A stretch of 64,000 nt of DNA from Escherichia coli (GCF_044324785.1 NZ_CP172127.1); one strand, 5' to 3'. Shown: positions 32,726 to 45,738, counted from the first letter of the stretch. Numbers and translations are program-made. Notes: generated by a model not told the origin, from the sequence alone.

Positions 32726-33574
32726 TTAGGGTTCCTGACGTAAATAAATAGCCCGATAACAAATACTCACCAGCACTGCACCGCCGATAATATTACCCAG
32801 CATCACCGGGAGCAGATTGGCAGTAATAAAATGGCTGACCGTCAGTGCCGGAAAATGGTCTGCGCTACTGTGCGCCAGTTGCCAGAAGGTGGTAGGGGCG
32901 AAATGGCGAATGGCAATGGCGAACGGAATCACAAACAAATTGGCGATACAGTGCTCAAAACCACTGGCGACAAACAGGGTGATGGGCAAAATCATGGCGA
33001 CGATTTTGTCGCATAACGAACGTCCGCAATAACTCATCCACAGCGCCAGGCAAACCATCACATTGCACATAATGCCGAGGCTGACTGATTCAGTAAATGT
33101 ATGATGCATTTTGCCCTCGGCGCAGTGTAAAACCGCGACTCCCCACATCGCGTTTTCACTCATCACCAGCCCGGAAAACCAGATTAACAAACTGAAACAG
33201 GCAATACCTGCCAGATTACCGCAGGCCACCAGAAGTGCATTAATCAGCCATGTTCGCCAGCTAATAACGCCCCGACTTTTTGCCATCACCGTCATTACCG
33301 ACGAGGTGAACAGGCTGGTGCCGCAAACCGCCAGCAAAATAAAGCCGAGTGTAAAGCAAAGGCCTCCCACCAGATGGGTTAATGCCTGTGAAGACGGGGC
33401 ATCGGCGATAACGGTAAGGTAAAAAGTAAATCCGATCGCCATAAACACGCCTGCGGACACCGCCATTAAAAAGACCGACACTTTGCTGCGGGCAATTTTA
33501 TGGGCGGCAATCCGTTCAGCGATTGCCGCTTTTCTGGCGCTCAACTGCAAGTCGAAAGAGAGTTTGTTTCTCAT
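32726..33574 (-). CDS. focB: formate channel FocB (FNT family)
   Basis: 282 aa. Last gene of the hyf operon. Confidence 0.95.
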   Translation of the reverse strand: MRNKLSFDLQLSARKAAIAERIAAHKIARSKVSVFLMAVSAGVFMAIGFTFYLTVIADAPSSQALTHLVGGLCFTLGFILLAVCGTSLFTSSVMTVMAKSRGVISWRTWLINALLVACGNLAGIACFSLLIWFSGLVMSENAMWGVAVLHCAEGKMHHTFTESVSLGIMCNVMVCLALWMSYCGRSLCDKIVAMILPITLFVASGFEHCIANLFVIPFAIAIRHFAPTTFWQLAHSSADHFPALTVSHFITANLLPVMLGNIIGGAVLVSICYRAIYLRQEP

Positions 33575-33595
33575 GCATACTCCTGCAAAAGCAGA

Positions 33596-35608
33596 TTACA
33601 ACACCTCGCGAACCGAGATCCCCAGACGCTGCATTCGTGACAGCAGCGTGGTGCGCTTCATCCCTAATCGTGTCGCCGCGCCACGGGGCCCGGCAACAAT
33701 GCCATTGGTTTCTCGCAATACCTGAACAATGCGCTGACGTTCTTCTTCGTCATTCTCTGGCGTCGTCGGGTGCAGCAACTGCGCCATTGAACTGCGAAGC
33801 GCTGAATCTTCATTTAGCGTCGGCAGTAAACGGCTTTGTCGGACATTAAGATGTAAATTCAGACTGTTACCGCGAGTCAGTAGTACCGCTCGCTCAATCA
33901 CGTTTTCCAGCTCGCGCACGTTGCCCGGCCAGTCCCACGACATCAACTGGCGTAGCGCCTCGGTCGGGATGGCGTCAATTGCGCGATTCATATGGCGCGC
34001 CATTTTTTGCGTGAAATGCTTTGCTAAAAGAGGGATATCTTCCGGACGGTCGCGTAGCGGGGGCAATTCCAGTGGGAAGACATTCAGGCGATAAAAGAGA
34101 TCGCTGCGAAACTGGCGATCTTCAACCATTTGCCACAAATCACGGTTGGTGGCGGCAATGACTCTGACATTCACCGGGATCGTTCTACTCCCGCCGAGAC
34201 GCTCAATCTCCCGCTCCTGCAATACGCGCAGCAGTTTAGGCTGAAGTTCTAACGGCAGATCGCCAATTTCATCGAGAAACAACGTGCCGCCATCGGCAAT
34301 TTCAAAACGACCACGATGGGTATTAATCGCACCAGTAAACGCCCCTTTGTCATGACCGAATAACTCACTTTCCAGAAGACTGGCGGGGATGGCAGCGCAG
34401 TTGATTTTGACCAGTGGCTTGTCGCGTCGTGGGCTAAGTTGATGGATCGCTCTGGCGATCACCTCTTTGCCGGTTCCGGTTTCACCACAAATCAACACCG
34501 TACTGTCGCTCTTCGCCACAATATCTACCTGCTGGAGTAGGTCTTCCATTGCCTGGCTTTGATAGATAATGTCACCGACGCCCAGATTCGAAAGGAGCTG
34601 CTCGCTAAGCTGGTGGTTTTCTTGCTGCAAACTTTCCTGCAAATCGGTCATGCTGCGCCAGGCATCGGCATTGCCAACGGCAATAGCGATGCGATCGGCA
34701 ATATGTTGTAGTAGCTGGCAGTTTTCCTCACTAAAGAGAGTGGAAGAGGTATGCGCCAGCAACAATGCACCCGGTGTATGGTTGCCAAAGGTGAGCGGTA
34801 TCAGGAGCGCAGATTCGCAGCCGTTAGATGCAAGTAAGTGTAATAACGGGTCGCGTTGCCAGAGAAACAGATCGTCTGCACGGTGCGTCAAGGTCGGTTG
34901 TCGGGTTTGTAGCGTTTGTGTCAGCAATACACTTTCGCCAGGCATACTGCGTGGCAGACATGCACAATCTGAGGCGGAAAAAACGCTGCACCACAGGCTG
35001 AACTTCTCGTTCTTTCGATGATCGCCCAGTACCATACTGACTGAAGCCAGACCGAAAAAATGATGGATCTCACGAGCGACGTCAGCGATCAGATCGTCGA
35101 GATCAAGATGTGACAATACTGCATTAGTGATATCCACCAGTACCCGATGATGATCGCGATCTTTCTCCAGCAAACGCAGCGCCACCTGCTGTTCTTCATC
35201 ATTGAGCCATGATTGCAGAACCGGGGTGATTATCCGCGCCAGCCAGTTAAACAGTGTGCAATCCTGGGGAGTAAAACGGCTGCCGTGAGTGCGAATAAAG
35301 CGTAGCTCCGCCATTCCACTACTGCCGAGAAGGACGGCGTGGCGCGAATAATCGACCATCTCGCCCTGATACTCTGTTGTTGCCGTCACATCGCTGCCAT
35401 CATCATGGTAGCGGTAATAGAAGTTGCTTTTGAGAACATGCAGTTCAATAAGTTGTACCGGGCTGAACGGCGGCGGCAGCGGGATGAAGGCGCGTAATAA
35501 AGACGCCTTGCCGTGTTTCTGCGCTAACCGCTCCGCGAGCATTCCGTTTACCGCTTCAATTGTTATTCCTTGCGGCGGGGCAAACATCGCCTCGTCTGAC
35601 ATAGCCAT
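33596..35608 (-). CDS. hyfR: sigma54-dependent activator HyfR
   Basis: 670 aa from the second Met. Walker [15 protein letters not shown] motif and a C-terminal HTH. Confidence 0.95.
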   Translation of the reverse strand: MAMSDEAMFAPPQGITIEAVNGMLAERLAQKHGKASLLRAFIPLPPPFSPVQLIELHVLKSNFYYRYHDDGSDVTATTEYQGEMVDYSRHAVLLGSSGMAELRFIRTHGSRFTPQDCTLFNWLARIITPVLQSWLNDEEQQVALRLLEKDRDHHRVLVDITNAVLSHLDLDDLIADVAREIHHFFGLASVSMVLGDHRKNEKFSLWCSVFSASDCACLPRSMPGESVLLTQTLQTRQPTLTHRADDLFLWQRDPLLHLLASNGCESALLIPLTFGNHTPGALLLAHTSSTLFSEENCQLLQHIADRIAIAVGNADAWRSMTDLQESLQQENHQLSEQLLSNLGVGDIIYQSQAMEDLLQQVDIVAKSDSTVLICGETGTGKEVIARAIHQLSPRRDKPLVKINCAAIPASLLESELFGHDKGAFTGAINTHRGRFEIADGGTLFLDEIGDLPLELQPKLLRVLQEREIERLGGSRTIPVNVRVIAATNRDLWQMVEDRQFRSDLFYRLNVFPLELPPLRDRPEDIPLLAKHFTQKMARHMNRAIDAIPTEALRQLMSWDWPGNVRELENVIERAVLLTRGNSLNLHLNVRQSRLLPTLNEDSALRSSMAQLLHPTTPENDEEERQRIVQVLRETNGIVAGPRGAATRLGMKRTTLLSRMQRLGISVREVL

Positions 35609-35637
35609 CAACAGTCCTTATTAATGAGAAATCCTTC

Positions 35638-36051
35638 TCACGCAATTTTTCTGGCCATCAGATAGATGGCCGGTTCCTGCACAATTTCATCCAACAGATG
35701 AATGAATTGAATGCTACGCGCCTGCCACACAGACGTCGCGTCATCTGCCAGTGGCGCGAATGCCCGGGTCAACAGGGCGGTGTGGCTGGCGTCAATAACA
35801 ATCTCACCAAAGGTCATCACCCCCAGCATCTTACGTCGGGCTTGCTCCTCTTCGACCTGTGCAAGCCAATCATCGTATTCCGTCTGTGGGCAGCGGAAGG
35901 CGACATTCAAACAATCAATCACGCCAACGTGATGACCGATAGCCAACGAGTAATACATTACCTGGGAGCTGTGTTCCGGCATCTCGTCGCTACTGGCGAC
36001 AAACTTTTTTCGCAGCGTCCAGAAAACAATTTCCCCGCACGCCTCAGCCAT
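35638..36051 (-). CDS. hyfJ: hydrogenase-4 component J
   Basis: 137 aa. Operon position. Confidence 0.92.
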   Translation of the reverse strand: MAEACGEIVFWTLRKKFVASSDEMPEHSSQVMYYSLAIGHHVGVIDCLNVAFRCPQTEYDDWLAQVEEEQARRKMLGVMTFGEIVIDASHTALLTRAFAPLADDATSVWQARSIQFIHLLDEIVQEPAIYLMARKIA

Positions 36052-36802
36052 GTAACCCCCGGAGAACGCGAAAGAGTTGCTGAACGATACTATTGAGACG
36101 TGGATCGTCGGCTTCGCGCAACCAGGTGTTAACCCGATTTCCTGTAGGATCGTCGCTTAAATGGCGCAGGAGCCGATCGCAAATTTCTCGCCCCTGACGA
36201 TAGCCCGCCAGCCGCCTCGCTTCTCGCTCAATGGCGATACGCTGTGATGGCGGGATCTGCGGCCATAGCGGTTGCATGGTCACCCCGGTGGGATCGCGAT
36301 AATCCACAGCGTGAATCTTCTGTTGCAGCAAACCGAGCGCCACGGCGAAACCGTGAATGGTGGCGGCCGGTGTTGGCGGGCAGCCGGGGATCCAAACATC
36401 AATGGGGACAATGGTGTCGCTGCCGCCCCAGACGCTGTAAAGATCGTGGAAAATACCGCCGCCGACACCGCACGCGCCGTAGGAAATACAGATTTTATGA
36501 TCGGGGGCAGACTCATATGCCCGAAGTGCAGGCATACGCATCGCCCGGGTGACTGCGCCAGTAAATAACAAAATATCGGCGTGACGCGGTGATGAAACAA
36601 CCTTAATGCCAAAACGTTCTGCGTCGAATACGGGTGTGATGGCGGCAAAAATTTCGATTTCGCAGGCGTTGCAGCCGCCGCAATCGACGCGATAAACGTA
36701 GGCCGAGCGACGGATATCCTGTAACAAATGCTGCTTCATCTTTTGCGTTTGCTCGTCCAGCGTGATGGGCTGGCTGACATATTGCGTAAGCACTGGACTC
36801 AT
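36044..36802 (-). CDS. hyfI: hydrogenase-4 small subunit (NuoB-like)
   Basis: 252 aa with Cys ligands [10 protein letters not shown]...GCPP. Confidence 0.95.
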   Translation of the reverse strand: MSPVLTQYVSQPITLDEQTQKMKQHLLQDIRRSAYVYRVDCGGCNACEIEIFAAITPVFDAERFGIKVVSSPRHADILLFTGAVTRAMRMPALRAYESAPDHKICISYGACGVGGGIFHDLYSVWGGSDTIVPIDVWIPGCPPTPAATIHGFAVALGLLQQKIHAVDYRDPTGVTMQPLWPQIPPSQRIAIEREARRLAGYRQGREICDRLLRHLSDDPTGNRVNTWLREADDPRLNSIVQQLFRVLRGLHG

Positions 36803-37344
36803 AGCTGCTCCTTAGCCACCAGCGGTACATCTGTATCGTCGTTGATCAGCGTCGCGCGTTGTTTGCACTCCGGGCAGACGCTCGCTTGCGCCCATAACAT
36901 TTCGCGGTTTTGTGGCGCATTTTGTTGCTGTGCCAACAATTCAGCAGCCAGTGCGACGGTTTTTTGCGGGGCAAACGGGCGTTCGCAACGGCTGCAACGT
37001 TGTAGATGAAACGTCGCGCGGGTATAGAGATCGGCTTTATTGGTGACGGTCAGTTCAAAGTTATTGGTAAGCTGAATGGCTCTGGTCGGGCACACTTCTT
37101 CACAACGTCCGCAGTAAATACAACGCCCCAGATAGAGCTGCCAGGTGCGCGTATTTTGCTGGTCGTCGGTCTGGATAGTCAGCGCGTTTGCCGGACAAGC
37201 ACAGGCGCAGGCACCGCAGGCAATACATTGGCTGGGCATCAGGTCCGGTTTCCCGCGAAAGCCTGGGCTGACCTCCAGTGGCGCGAAGGGATATTTCACC
37301 GTCGCGGTTCCGGCGCGCATAATAGTTTTCAGTAACTTCAGCAT
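36799..37344 (-). CDS. hyfH: hydrogenase-4 ferredoxin-type subunit
   Basis: 181 aa with 4Fe-4S motifs [12 protein letters not shown] and [12 protein letters not shown]. Confidence 0.95.
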   Translation of the reverse strand: MLKLLKTIMRAGTATVKYPFAPLEVSPGFRGKPDLMPSQCIACGACACACPANALTIQTDDQQNTRTWQLYLGRCIYCGRCEEVCPTRAIQLTNNFELTVTNKADLYTRATFHLQRCSRCERPFAPQKTVALAAELLAQQQNAPQNREMLWAQASVCPECKQRATLINDDTDVPLVAKEQL

Positions 37345-37353
37345 CTTCTGTCC

Positions 37354-39069
37354 TTACTTCAGCGGCGAACGGTTACGATCAATGCCGTAGCGTTCGATCT
37401 CTTTATACGGCACGGTTTTTGACTGGCGCTTGCGCACATCAACCAGCGTCACACGGTCGGTACAGGAGTAGCAGGGATCAAGGCTACCGATAATTAGCGG
37501 TGCGTCAGAAACGGTATTGCCGCGCAGCATGTAACGCAGCACTGGCCAGTTGGCGTAGGTGGCGGCACGACAGCGCCAGCGGAACAATTTTTGGTTATCA
37601 CCGAGCATGCTCCAGTGCACGTCTTCACCACGTGGCGCTTCAACAAAGCCCAGCGCGAATGCGTGAGGTTTATAGCTAAAGCCTTCGGTCAGCAGTGGGG
37701 TATCTGGCATGTTGTCGAGGGCAAATTCCAGCATTGCCAGCGAATCAAACGTCTCTTTGACACGGACCATCACGCGGGAGAAGACATCGCCGCCGGTAAA
37801 GGTAAACAGCGTTTTTGGAATATTGCCGTAGTCGGCGTAGGGGTGAGCAAAGCGCAAATCACGGGCAAAACCACTGCCGCGGATCAGCGGCCCTACGGGG
37901 CTATAATCACGGGCGATTTGTCGGTCGAGAATGCCAATGCCCTGAGTGCGTTGTTCCATATTCGGCGTGGCAAGCAGCATCTCTACCAGCTCCGACACGT
38001 CGGCGCGCATCTCGCGCACTAGTTTCAGCGTTTGCAGACGTTGCTCTTTGAGAATATCGCGGCGAACACCACCAATCAGATTCAGACCGTAGGTTTTACG
38101 CGACCCGGTCAGCAATTCCGCCATCGTCATCGACTTTTCCCGCACGCGGAAAAATTGCATAAAGCCGGTATCAAAACCAACAAAATGGCAGGAGAGGCCA
38201 AGGTTGAGCAAATGACTATGCAGCCGTTCGACTTCCAGCAGAATCGAGCGAATAGTATGCGCTCGTTGCGGCACTTCAATCCCCAGTGCATTTTCAACCG
38301 AGTTGGTATAGGCCACACTGTGGGCAAAACCGCAAATCCCACACACGCGGTCGGATAAGAAGGTCACTTCGTTGTAGCCCATCCGCGTTTCTGCCAGTTT
38401 CTCCATGCCGCGATGGACATAAAACAGGCGGTAATCAGCATCGACAATTTGCTCGCCATCCACAAACAAGCGGAAGTGACCTGGTTCATCGGAGGTGATA
38501 TGCAGCGGGCCGACAGGGATCACCCGCGCATCGCTGTTGCCCTCGTTGATAAACGGATACGTTTCGGTATCAGTCGTCGGTTCTGGGCGCAGTCGATAAT
38601 CCATCGCGTCTTTGCGCAGCGGATGCATATCTTCCGGCCAGTCATCGGGCAACACCAGCCGACGCTGATCCGGCAGGCCAACCGGAATCAGCCCGTACAT
38701 ATCGCGAATTTCTCGCTCGCCCCAGACCGCGGCAGGGACGCGCGGTGTGACTGACGGAAACTCCCGACTGTCGGCATCGACCAGTGCCTTCACCACGATC
38801 CAGCATTTTTCGGCCCCTTCCATAGAAAGGGCATAATAAACCGCGTAATGACCGTTAAGTGTCCGCTCGTCGTTGCCAAACAGGACTGGAAGCCAGCCAT
38901 CATGTTGATAATAAAGATAATGCACAACGTCAGGCAGCAGATTGATTTTCACCGTAATGGTGACCTGTTCAGGCGTTTGTCGCTCTTCATCCAGCACCGC
39001 GCCGGGGAACTGCGTTTTCAGGGCGGCGAGAATCGCTTCGCCACGATTTGACGATGAATTAACGTTCAC
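37354..39069 (-). CDS. hyfG: hydrogenase-4 [NiFe] large subunit
   Basis: [10 protein letters not shown] and C-terminal DPCYSCTDR Ni-binding motifs. Start placed at the GTG at 39069 (GGAGAA upstream, overlaps the hyfF stop); the start is uncertain. Confidence 0.9.
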   Translation of the reverse strand: MNVNSSSNRGEAILAALKTQFPGAVLDEERQTPEQVTITVKINLLPDVVHYLYYQHDGWLPVLFGNDERTLNGHYAVYYALSMEGAEKCWIVVKALVDADSREFPSVTPRVPAAVWGEREIRDMYGLIPVGLPDQRRLVLPDDWPEDMHPLRKDAMDYRLRPEPTTDTETYPFINEGNSDARVIPVGPLHITSDEPGHFRLFVDGEQIVDADYRLFYVHRGMEKLAETRMGYNEVTFLSDRVCGICGFAHSVAYTNSVENALGIEVPQRAHTIRSILLEVERLHSHLLNLGLSCHFVGFDTGFMQFFRVREKSMTMAELLTGSRKTYGLNLIGGVRRDILKEQRLQTLKLVREMRADVSELVEMLLATPNMEQRTQGIGILDRQIARDYSPVGPLIRGSGFARDLRFAHPYADYGNIPKTLFTFTGGDVFSRVMVRVKETFDSLAMLEFALDNMPDTPLLTEGFSYKPHAFALGFVEAPRGEDVHWSMLGDNQKLFRWRCRAATYANWPVLRYMLRGNTVSDAPLIIGSLDPCYSCTDRVTLVDVRKRQSKTVPYKEIERYGIDRNRSPLK

Positions 39070-40639
39070 TGTGTTTCTCCGAAACAGATGCGGTGCCTGA
39101 AGGCAAAAAATCATGCCAGGTGCTACGTTGTGCAGGCAGGTCGTGCGTCCCTGAGAGGACTATAGTGGAAGCGCTTGCCAGGATCCTGATGACAGGTTGT
39201 GGAATATGCGTTCCCATCGCCAGCATCATGACCAGCAGAATCACCATTGGCGAGGTGGTCAACCAGCCAAGTTCACCCCGGTTAACGGCCTGCGGCGGTT
39301 TCGCCATTAACACCCGCGCAGCCATCCGTACCAGGCCCGCCAGCACCAGCGTTAACAGCAATAACAGCAGGACGATAAGCAGCAGATGATTACGCGCCAG
39401 TCCGGCGGTAACGGTCATAAATTCGCTAAGAAAAATGTTGAAGGGCGGCATCCCGGCCAGCGCCAGCGCACCGCCGCCAAACAACACGGCGGTAAATGGC
39501 ATGATTTTGAGCATCCCACAGACGACGTTGAGATCGCGCGTGCCGTACTTGAGCAGTACATTGCCGGAACCGCAGAACAACAGCGTTTTTGCCAGACTGT
39601 GGTTTAAGGTGTGCAGCAGCGCGGCAAAAATTCCCAGCGGCCCGCCAATGCCTAACGCCACCGCGACCAGTCCCATGTTCTCCACGCTGGAGTACGCCAG
39701 CAGACGCTTAATGTCCCGCTGTACCAGAATGAAAAATGCCGCCACGGCAACCGACAACATGCCGAAGATGAGCAACAACCGGTTGGGGAAATCGCTGCCG
39801 ATGGCCTGGCAAATAATGATGTAATAGCGAATAAGCACCAACAGCGCGCAGTTCAGCAATACGGCGGAGAGCAGGGCGCTGACCGGACTCGGCGCTTCAC
39901 TGTGAGCATCTGGCAGCCAGGCATGCATGGGGAATAGCCCGGTTTTAGTGCCAAAGCCAATTAGCACAAACACAAAGGCCAACAGCATTAATGTTGGGTC
40001 AAGCAAGGACGATTGCTTAAGAACCTCGCTCCAGAATATCGCCATTTCTGCCTGCGGCATAACGCTGGCGGCGTTGGCGTATACCAGCACGGTACCGAAC
40101 AGACCAAAAGCGACACCAACAGTACAAATAATGATGTACTTCCATGCAGCTTCCAGCGATGAACGCTGACCGTAAATGCCTACCAGAAACGCCGAGCTTA
40201 AGGTGGTGGCTTCGATTGCCGCCCACATCACAATCAGGTTATTGCTGGTAACAACCAGCAGCATGGTGAACAAAAACAGATGGAAGAAACCGTAGTAATC
40301 GCACAGCGTAACGGGTGAAAGCTCGCCGTGTGCCACTTCATGACGCATGTAGCCAATCGAGTAAACACCGGTGAGAAAGCCAATCACACCAAGAATGGCG
40401 AGGAACAAACCGCCCAGACCATCAATGTGAAGCCACAGTCCCGCAGCGAATATTTCTCCCGCATCAGCGGCAGTTTGGACCACCCACAGTGCCAGAATCA
40501 GCAGCAGTGTGATCCCTAAGCCATGTAGTACTGTCACCGTACGAGTCGCAGAGTGTCCCCGTTTCCGGCAGGCAAAACAGAGCAGCGAAAAAAGCAGCGG
40601 CGTGAGCAGGAGTAAAGCGAACATCACAAAATAACTCAT
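39059..40639 (-). CDS. hyfF: hydrogenase-4 membrane subunit (NuoN/Mrp antiporter-like)
   Basis: 526 aa polytopic protein. Confidence 0.95.
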   Translation of the reverse strand: MSYFVMFALLLLTPLLFSLLCFACRKRGHSATRTVTVLHGLGITLLLILALWVVQTAADAGEIFAAGLWLHIDGLGGLFLAILGVIGFLTGVYSIGYMRHEVAHGELSPVTLCDYYGFFHLFLFTMLLVVTSNNLIVMWAAIEATTLSSAFLVGIYGQRSSLEAAWKYIIICTVGVAFGLFGTVLVYANAASVMPQAEMAIFWSEVLKQSSLLDPTLMLLAFVFVLIGFGTKTGLFPMHAWLPDAHSEAPSPVSALLSAVLLNCALLVLIRYYIIICQAIGSDFPNRLLLIFGMLSVAVAAFFILVQRDIKRLLAYSSVENMGLVAVALGIGGPLGIFAALLHTLNHSLAKTLLFCGSGNVLLKYGTRDLNVVCGMLKIMPFTAVLFGGGALALAGMPPFNIFLSEFMTVTAGLARNHLLLIVLLLLLLTLVLAGLVRMAARVLMAKPPQAVNRGELGWLTTSPMVILLVMMLAMGTHIPQPVIRILASASTIVLSGTHDLPAQRSTWHDFLPSGTASVSEKHSER

Positions 40640-40643
40640 CTCA

Positions 40644-41294
40644 TTATCCCTTCAGCGCGGTCAAGTTGTTCACGTCCAGCGTGCCGTGGGTACGCCATAT
40701 TTTTCTTGCCAGTAACACCATCACAATGACGGCGAAGATGGCGTCGGTAGCGATACCAATTTCCACCAGTTCCGGTGCACGCCAGGCTAGAAGCGCCAGC
40801 ACCAGATGGGAGCCGTTTTCCATCAGGCAGTAACCAAAGATTTGCCGCAGGATATTGCGCTGGCTGACAATGCACAGCAGGCCAAGCAGAAAATGACCTA
40901 ACGCCACCGCCAGCGCCGGTTTCAGCCCGGTAGCCATCGGTAGCTTCACGGGCTGAACGACAAATGTGCAAAGCAGGACAATTAACGCCGCGAGCAGTGT
41001 CATCATTGCCGGACCGAATAACGCTTTTTCCGGGATGTTCTGGGGAATATTTCGTGCAGCGTAAGTCATGATTAACGGTACCAGCAGCACTTTGGTGATA
41101 AAGGCGCTGGCGGACCAGATCAGCAGTTGCTCTGCGGCGAATAGGCACGAGAGGGTGGCGAAAATAGACACCAGCACCAGTGACTGGCAGGCGTAAAATC
41201 CGCATGACAGGCGATAGCTTTTGACGCTAATCACAAACAGCGATGTCAGCATCATCAGTCCCGCCAGATTATTTACGATCGTAGAACCGGTCAT
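40644..41294 (-). CDS. hyfE: hydrogenase-4 membrane subunit
   Basis: 216 aa polytopic protein. Confidence 0.93.
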   Translation of the reverse strand: MTGSTIVNNLAGLMMLTSLFVISVKSYRLSCGFYACQSLVLVSIFATLSCLFAAEQLLIWSASAFITKVLLVPLIMTYAARNIPQNIPEKALFGPAMMTLLAALIVLLCTFVVQPVKLPMATGLKPALAVALGHFLLGLLCIVSQRNILRQIFGYCLMENGSHLVLALLAWRAPELVEIGIATDAIFAVIVMVLLARKIWRTHGTLDVNNLTALKG

Positions 41295-41305
41295 TCATCA
41301 TCTCC

Positions 41306-42745
41306 TTACTGCAACCAGGTCGCGGCGATTACGCTGGAAATCAGCGACATCACAATCAGTACAATCAACACCAGGCGCATTGATCCTGGCAGCGGTGCGG
41401 CATCGGCGACGGCCTCGCTCGGTTTGCCAGGCACGACGCGACCAAACCAGCGAATAAACCAGGCGAAACTGGCGACCGATTCAATCATCAGCAGAATCAT
41501 GGCGGGCAGCAGGATCCAGTACTCCACTGACAACGCAAAACCGGCAGCAAACAGCGGGAATTTACTGAAGAAGCCGTTGAACGGCGGCACGCCGGTAATT
41601 GCCAGCGCTGCCACGCAGAAACCCACGCCAGGCAACGGCAGGGTGTGCAATACGCCACGCAGACGCGGCAACAAGCGCGTGCCGCAGCTGTAACTCAGCG
41701 CACCTGCTACAAGGAAAAACAGGCTTTTAGCGAACGCGTGGTTGACGATGTAGGCGATGCTACCCTCCAGCGCCAGCCGCGAGCCGAAGATGGAGAGCGA
41801 CAAGCCGAAAAACATCCAGCCAAGTTGAGTGATGGTCGACCAGGCCAGCAACCGCTTCATATCCTGCTGTGGCAAATACATCAGGAAGCCATAAAGAATG
41901 GTGACCAGTGCCATAACCATGCCAACGCCGCCAATCACATGCGGGATATTGCCGCCGTCGATAATGGCACGGGCAAAAATGTAAACGCCCACTTTCACCA
42001 TCGATGCGGCGTGGAGATAGGCGCTGATCGGTGTTGGCGCTTCCATTGCATCCGGTAGCCACGCTTGCATCGGTAGCTGGGCCGATTTCCCCCACGCGGC
42101 AAACAGGATGCCACCATAAACCAGATAGCGTGCGTCGCCGTGTAACTCGCTCATCGCGCTGAGCGCAAACGTTCCGGTCTGCAAAAACAGCGTGGCGGCG
42201 GCAAGATACAACCCCAACGAACCGATATGAGTGATAAGCAACGCTTTTAGTGCTGAACGCTGCGCTTTATCGCTCTGGTAATAACTGATCAACGCCCAGG
42301 AGCAGCCGCCCGTAATTTCAAAAAACAACAACTGACCGAGCAGCGTCGAGGAGAGTACCAGTCCCGCCATCGCGCCGATAAAAACCAGCAAAAATGCGTA
42401 ATAACGATTCGTGCCGTTATGCGGGTGTTCGCGATTTTTATCCGTCAGATAACCCGTGGAGTAGATCGTGACCAGCAAACCGAGGAACACCACCACAAAC
42501 AGAATCAGCGTACTCACGCGATCAATGACCAGGCCAAACAACGCCACATCCCCCACGTTGACCAACGTCAACGTGACGGCAACTTTATCGGCCTGATAAA
42601 ACGCGGAGATCAGCGACAACATGCACAGCGTGGTCAGCGCGGCGAACAAAATCCCCCATTCGGCGGCCCGACGTTGTGGCGAAAACGAAACGACCAGTGC
42701 GCCGATAAAAGGCAGCAATAACGTCGTCAGAGCAAGATTTTCCAT
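41306..42745 (-). CDS. hyfD: hydrogenase-4 membrane subunit (NuoM-like)
   Basis: 479 aa polytopic protein. Confidence 0.95.
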   Translation of the reverse strand: MENLALTTLLLPFIGALVVSFSPQRRAAEWGILFAALTTLCMLSLISAFYQADKVAVTLTLVNVGDVALFGLVIDRVSTLILFVVVFLGLLVTIYSTGYLTDKNREHPHNGTNRYYAFLLVFIGAMAGLVLSSTLLGQLLFFEITGGCSWALISYYQSDKAQRSALKALLITHIGSLGLYLAAATLFLQTGTFALSAMSELHGDARYLVYGGILFAAWGKSAQLPMQAWLPDAMEAPTPISAYLHAASMVKVGVYIFARAIIDGGNIPHVIGGVGMVMALVTILYGFLMYLPQQDMKRLLAWSTITQLGWMFFGLSLSIFGSRLALEGSIAYIVNHAFAKSLFFLVAGALSYSCGTRLLPRLRGVLHTLPLPGVGFCVAALAITGVPPFNGFFSKFPLFAAGFALSVEYWILLPAMILLMIESVASFAWFIRWFGRVVPGKPSEAVADAAPLPGSMRLVLIVLIVMSLISSVIAATWLQ

Positions 42746-42761
42746 ATTCCGTCAGTGCTCC

Positions 42762-43709
42762 TTACAGACCGGTTAACCAGAAGACCCAGGCAAGCGCAGC
42801 AAGGCTGAAGCCAAGCCAGGTCACATGGTGAATGAGTAAAAAACGCCCGCGTGCCAGCGTGTTTTCTGCGATTGAGGCCAGAACAAAAATCAGCAAAACC
42901 TTGAGCAGCGTAACGATAAGTGAAGTCAGCAGGCAGGTGAGAGAAAGCTCTTGCGCGCGCCCAAAGGGCAAAAACAGGGCCACAAACAGTGATGCCATCA
43001 CGACCTGTTTCAGCCCCAGCCCCAACTTCGCCAGCGCCAGCCCGGCACCGGAATATTCGGTCAGCGGGCCTTCCTGTAATTCCTGTTCTGCTTCAGCAAC
43101 ATCAAAGGGAATTTTTCCCATCTCAATGAAGCAGGCAAAACCACAGGCCAGTAACGCCAGTACGGTGGTTAGCGGCGAGTTCCAGCCCGTCGCCAGCGTC
43201 TTGCTGATCATCTCGATATGCGTGGAATCCGCTATCAGCGCCAATACCAGCAGTGAGAGAAGGAGCATTGGTTCGACCAGAATGCCGAGCGTCAACTCGC
43301 GACTGGCACCGACTCCCGCAAACGGGCTTCCGGTATCCAGCCCGGAAAGAGCAAAGAAAAAACGAAACAGGGCAAGAAGATAGATAAGGGTGATCAGATC
43401 GCCGCCGCCCGCAAAAGGGGAAACAGTAATAAATAGTGGTAGGGCCATCGCCAGCACCAGCATGCTGCTGATTAATACCCACGGCATCAGGCGGAACATC
43501 AGACCTGAAGATGTCGGCGCAACTTCCTGGCGTTTAAACAGTTTGTGGATATCGCGATAATCCTGCCAGATCCCCGGTCCGCGACGGGAGTGCATACGCG
43601 CGCGTATCTGCCGGGAAATCCCCGTAAAAAGCGGGGTTAGCACCAGCAGAATCACGGCCTGTGCTAACGCAAAAATGATCAGATATCCGTCGCAAAGAGT
43701 TTGTCTCAT
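42762..43709 (-). CDS. hyfC: hydrogenase-4 membrane subunit (NuoH-like)
   Basis: 315 aa from MRQTLCDGYL. Confidence 0.95.
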   Translation of the reverse strand: MRQTLCDGYLIIFALAQAVILLVLTPLFTGISRQIRARMHSRRGPGIWQDYRDIHKLFKRQEVAPTSSGLMFRLMPWVLISSMLVLAMALPLFITVSPFAGGGDLITLIYLLALFRFFFALSGLDTGSPFAGVGASRELTLGILVEPMLLLSLLVLALIADSTHIEMISKTLATGWNSPLTTVLALLACGFACFIEMGKIPFDVAEAEQELQEGPLTEYSGAGLALAKLGLGLKQVVMASLFVALFLPFGRAQELSLTCLLTSLIVTLLKVLLIFVLASIAENTLARGRFLLIHHVTWLGFSLAALAWVFWLTGL

Positions 43710-43719
43710 GGTGATTTCC

Positions 43720-45738
43720 TTAGACGGCAATAGCGATTAGCAGCACAACCAGTGCGGCGATCACATACAGGCAATAGAGACGAAAGTCGCCGCTTTGCAG
43801 ATGCTGTATTTCTTTGGCCAGCCGTTGGGTGGCGCTCACGATGGGGCGGATCACCCGCTCATCCCAGAAGGGTTCTGTGCTCTGAGCCCTGGCGGTGATG
43901 TGCGCAAGACCTTTATTTAGCTTCAGCGTAGGGTCGAGCTGTTGTCGTAGACGAAATAGCGCAGAAAAGACCACACGCAGCGGCTGCATCACGCCATTGC
44001 CTGACGGGGCCATCGCATTATCCCAGCCGTAGCCGCATGCCCAGGCATCTCCTGTGCGACGAAACGCTGCGCGGCGCGAACGACGCCACAGCCAGTAAAG
44101 GCCAGGCAGCAAAGGCATCGCCAGTAGTAACAGCAACAGTAATGAGGGAGTGACCCGTGTATGAAACGTGCCGGGTACAAGTGCTATTCCGCTGGCGACA
44201 GTGACGGGAGGGGTATTGGTAAACGCATGGGCAATGTGCATTATCTTCGGTGCCAGCCAACTGGCACTAAGCGCAATGAATACGCAGAGTGCCGCGAGCA
44301 GTAGCATGGCGACGATCATCGTATTTGGCACTTCCTGTGCCTCTTCAGCGTGTGTACTGCGCGGCGCTCCACAGAAAGTAATACCGTACATTTTGGCGAA
44401 GCACATTACTGCCAGCCCACCAGTGACTGCCAGCATCACCATAGCAATAGGACCCGCAAGTTGTAGCGCTACGGCTTCCACACGACTTAGTGAGAACAGC
44501 GACTGCCAGGTGTACCATTCGCTGATAAAACCATTCAGCGGAGGAATGGCTGATATCGCGAGGCAACCAATCAGGCATGCTGCGGCTGTCCACGGCATCC
44601 GTTTTGCCAGTGCCCCCATTTTTTCCATGTCGTGGGTATGCAAACGCGAAATAATCGCACCCGCGCCGAGAAACAGCAGCCCTTTGAACAGTGCATGGTT
44701 GAGCAAATGAAACAGCGCGCCGAGCAGTCCAACCACGGTGAGCAGCGGGTCGTGCAGTGACAGACCGACCATCGCCACACCGACCGCCAGCAAAATAATG
44801 CCGACGTTTTCGACGGTACTCCAGGCCAGCAGCCGTTTGATATCCTGTTCCGCCAGCGCATACAGCACTCCCAGGAGCGCGGAGATTGCGCCGATCGCCA
44901 TCACCAGAATGCCCCACCACAGCGGCAAACCCGTTTGCGCCAGCAGGTCCATCGCTACTTTCAGGATGCCGAAAATACCGATTTTGACCATTACGCCAGA
45001 CATCAACGCCGAAGCGTGCGATGGTGCGGCAGGGTGAGCGCGTGGCAACCAGCTGTGCAACGGCATCATCCCGGCTTTCGCGCCAAAACCGAAGAAGGCC
45101 AGCAGGAACACCGCCGACGCCAGCCCCGGAGAAAGTGAAAGCGTGCGGAAACTGGCAAAATCGAGGCTGCCGCTTTCGCGCCACATCAGCAAGAAGGCGA
45201 TCATAATCAGCACCGATCCGGCGTGGGCGATAAAAAAGTAGAGCATGCCAGCGTTGATTGACGTTTTATCCTGCCTGGCAATGACCAGAAACCAGGAAGA
45301 CAGCGACATCATTTCAAACAGCACGATGAACCAAAAAGCGTTATCCATCACCAGCAGGGCAACCATCGATGCGATGAAAAGATTCATAAAGAAGCCCATT
45401 GCCGCCGCGCCTTTGCCCTCGTATTCGCGCATATAAGTCAATGAATAGAGCGAACAAACCCCCACCAGCAAGGAGATAACCAACACCATAAATGCCGAGA
45501 GGCTATCCATTCGCAGGGTTAAATCGGCAAAATCAAAAGGCGTGGCAAAACGGGCGACTAAAGTTACGCCTGCATGTAATTGCGTAATTCCGCTGATGAT
45601 GCCAATCACGCCGCCCACCAGCGATGTGATGCCGGAAAGCTTAATAGTCAGTCTGTCCAGACCGAGTAAAAACAGCGAAGCCAGACTGGCAAACAGATAG
45701 AGGATCAGCGACCAGGTTAATAATTGCAGGGCATCCAT
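43720..45738 (-). CDS. hyfB: hydrogenase-4 membrane subunit (NuoL-like)
   Basis: 672 aa polytopic protein. Confidence 0.95.
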   Translation of the reverse strand: MDALQLLTWSLILYLFASLASLFLLGLDRLTIKLSGITSLVGGVIGIISGITQLHAGVTLVARFATPFDFADLTLRMDSLSAFMVLVISLLVGVCSLYSLTYMREYEGKGAAAMGFFMNLFIASMVALLVMDNAFWFIVLFEMMSLSSWFLVIARQDKTSINAGMLYFFIAHAGSVLIMIAFLLMWRESGSLDFASFRTLSLSPGLASAVFLLAFFGFGAKAGMMPLHSWLPRAHPAAPSHASALMSGVMVKIGIFGILKVAMDLLAQTGLPLWWGILVMAIGAISALLGVLYALAEQDIKRLLAWSTVENVGIILLAVGVAMVGLSLHDPLLTVVGLLGALFHLLNHALFKGLLFLGAGAIISRLHTHDMEKMGALAKRMPWTAAACLIGCLAISAIPPLNGFISEWYTWQSLFSLSRVEAVALQLAGPIAMVMLAVTGGLAVMCFAKMYGITFCGAPRSTHAEEAQEVPNTMIVAMLLLAALCVFIALSASWLAPKIMHIAHAFTNTPPVTVASGIALVPGTFHTRVTPSLLLLLLLAMPLLPGLYWLWRRSRRAAFRRTGDAWACGYGWDNAMAPSGNGVMQPLRVVFSALFRLRQQLDPTLKLNKGLAHITARAQSTEPFWDERVIRPIVSATQRLAKEIQHLQSGDFRLYCLYVIAALVVLLIAIAV

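Noticed and set aside
44345-45184. 279-aa alternative-frame ORF within hyfB (also 40636-41205 within hyfE, 51797-52495 and 53068-53580 within tmcA, and 24984-25550 opposite purN/purM)
   Set aside because: All are nested in or opposite conserved genes. They lack start signals and have Arg/Gly/Ala-biased shadow-frame composition.
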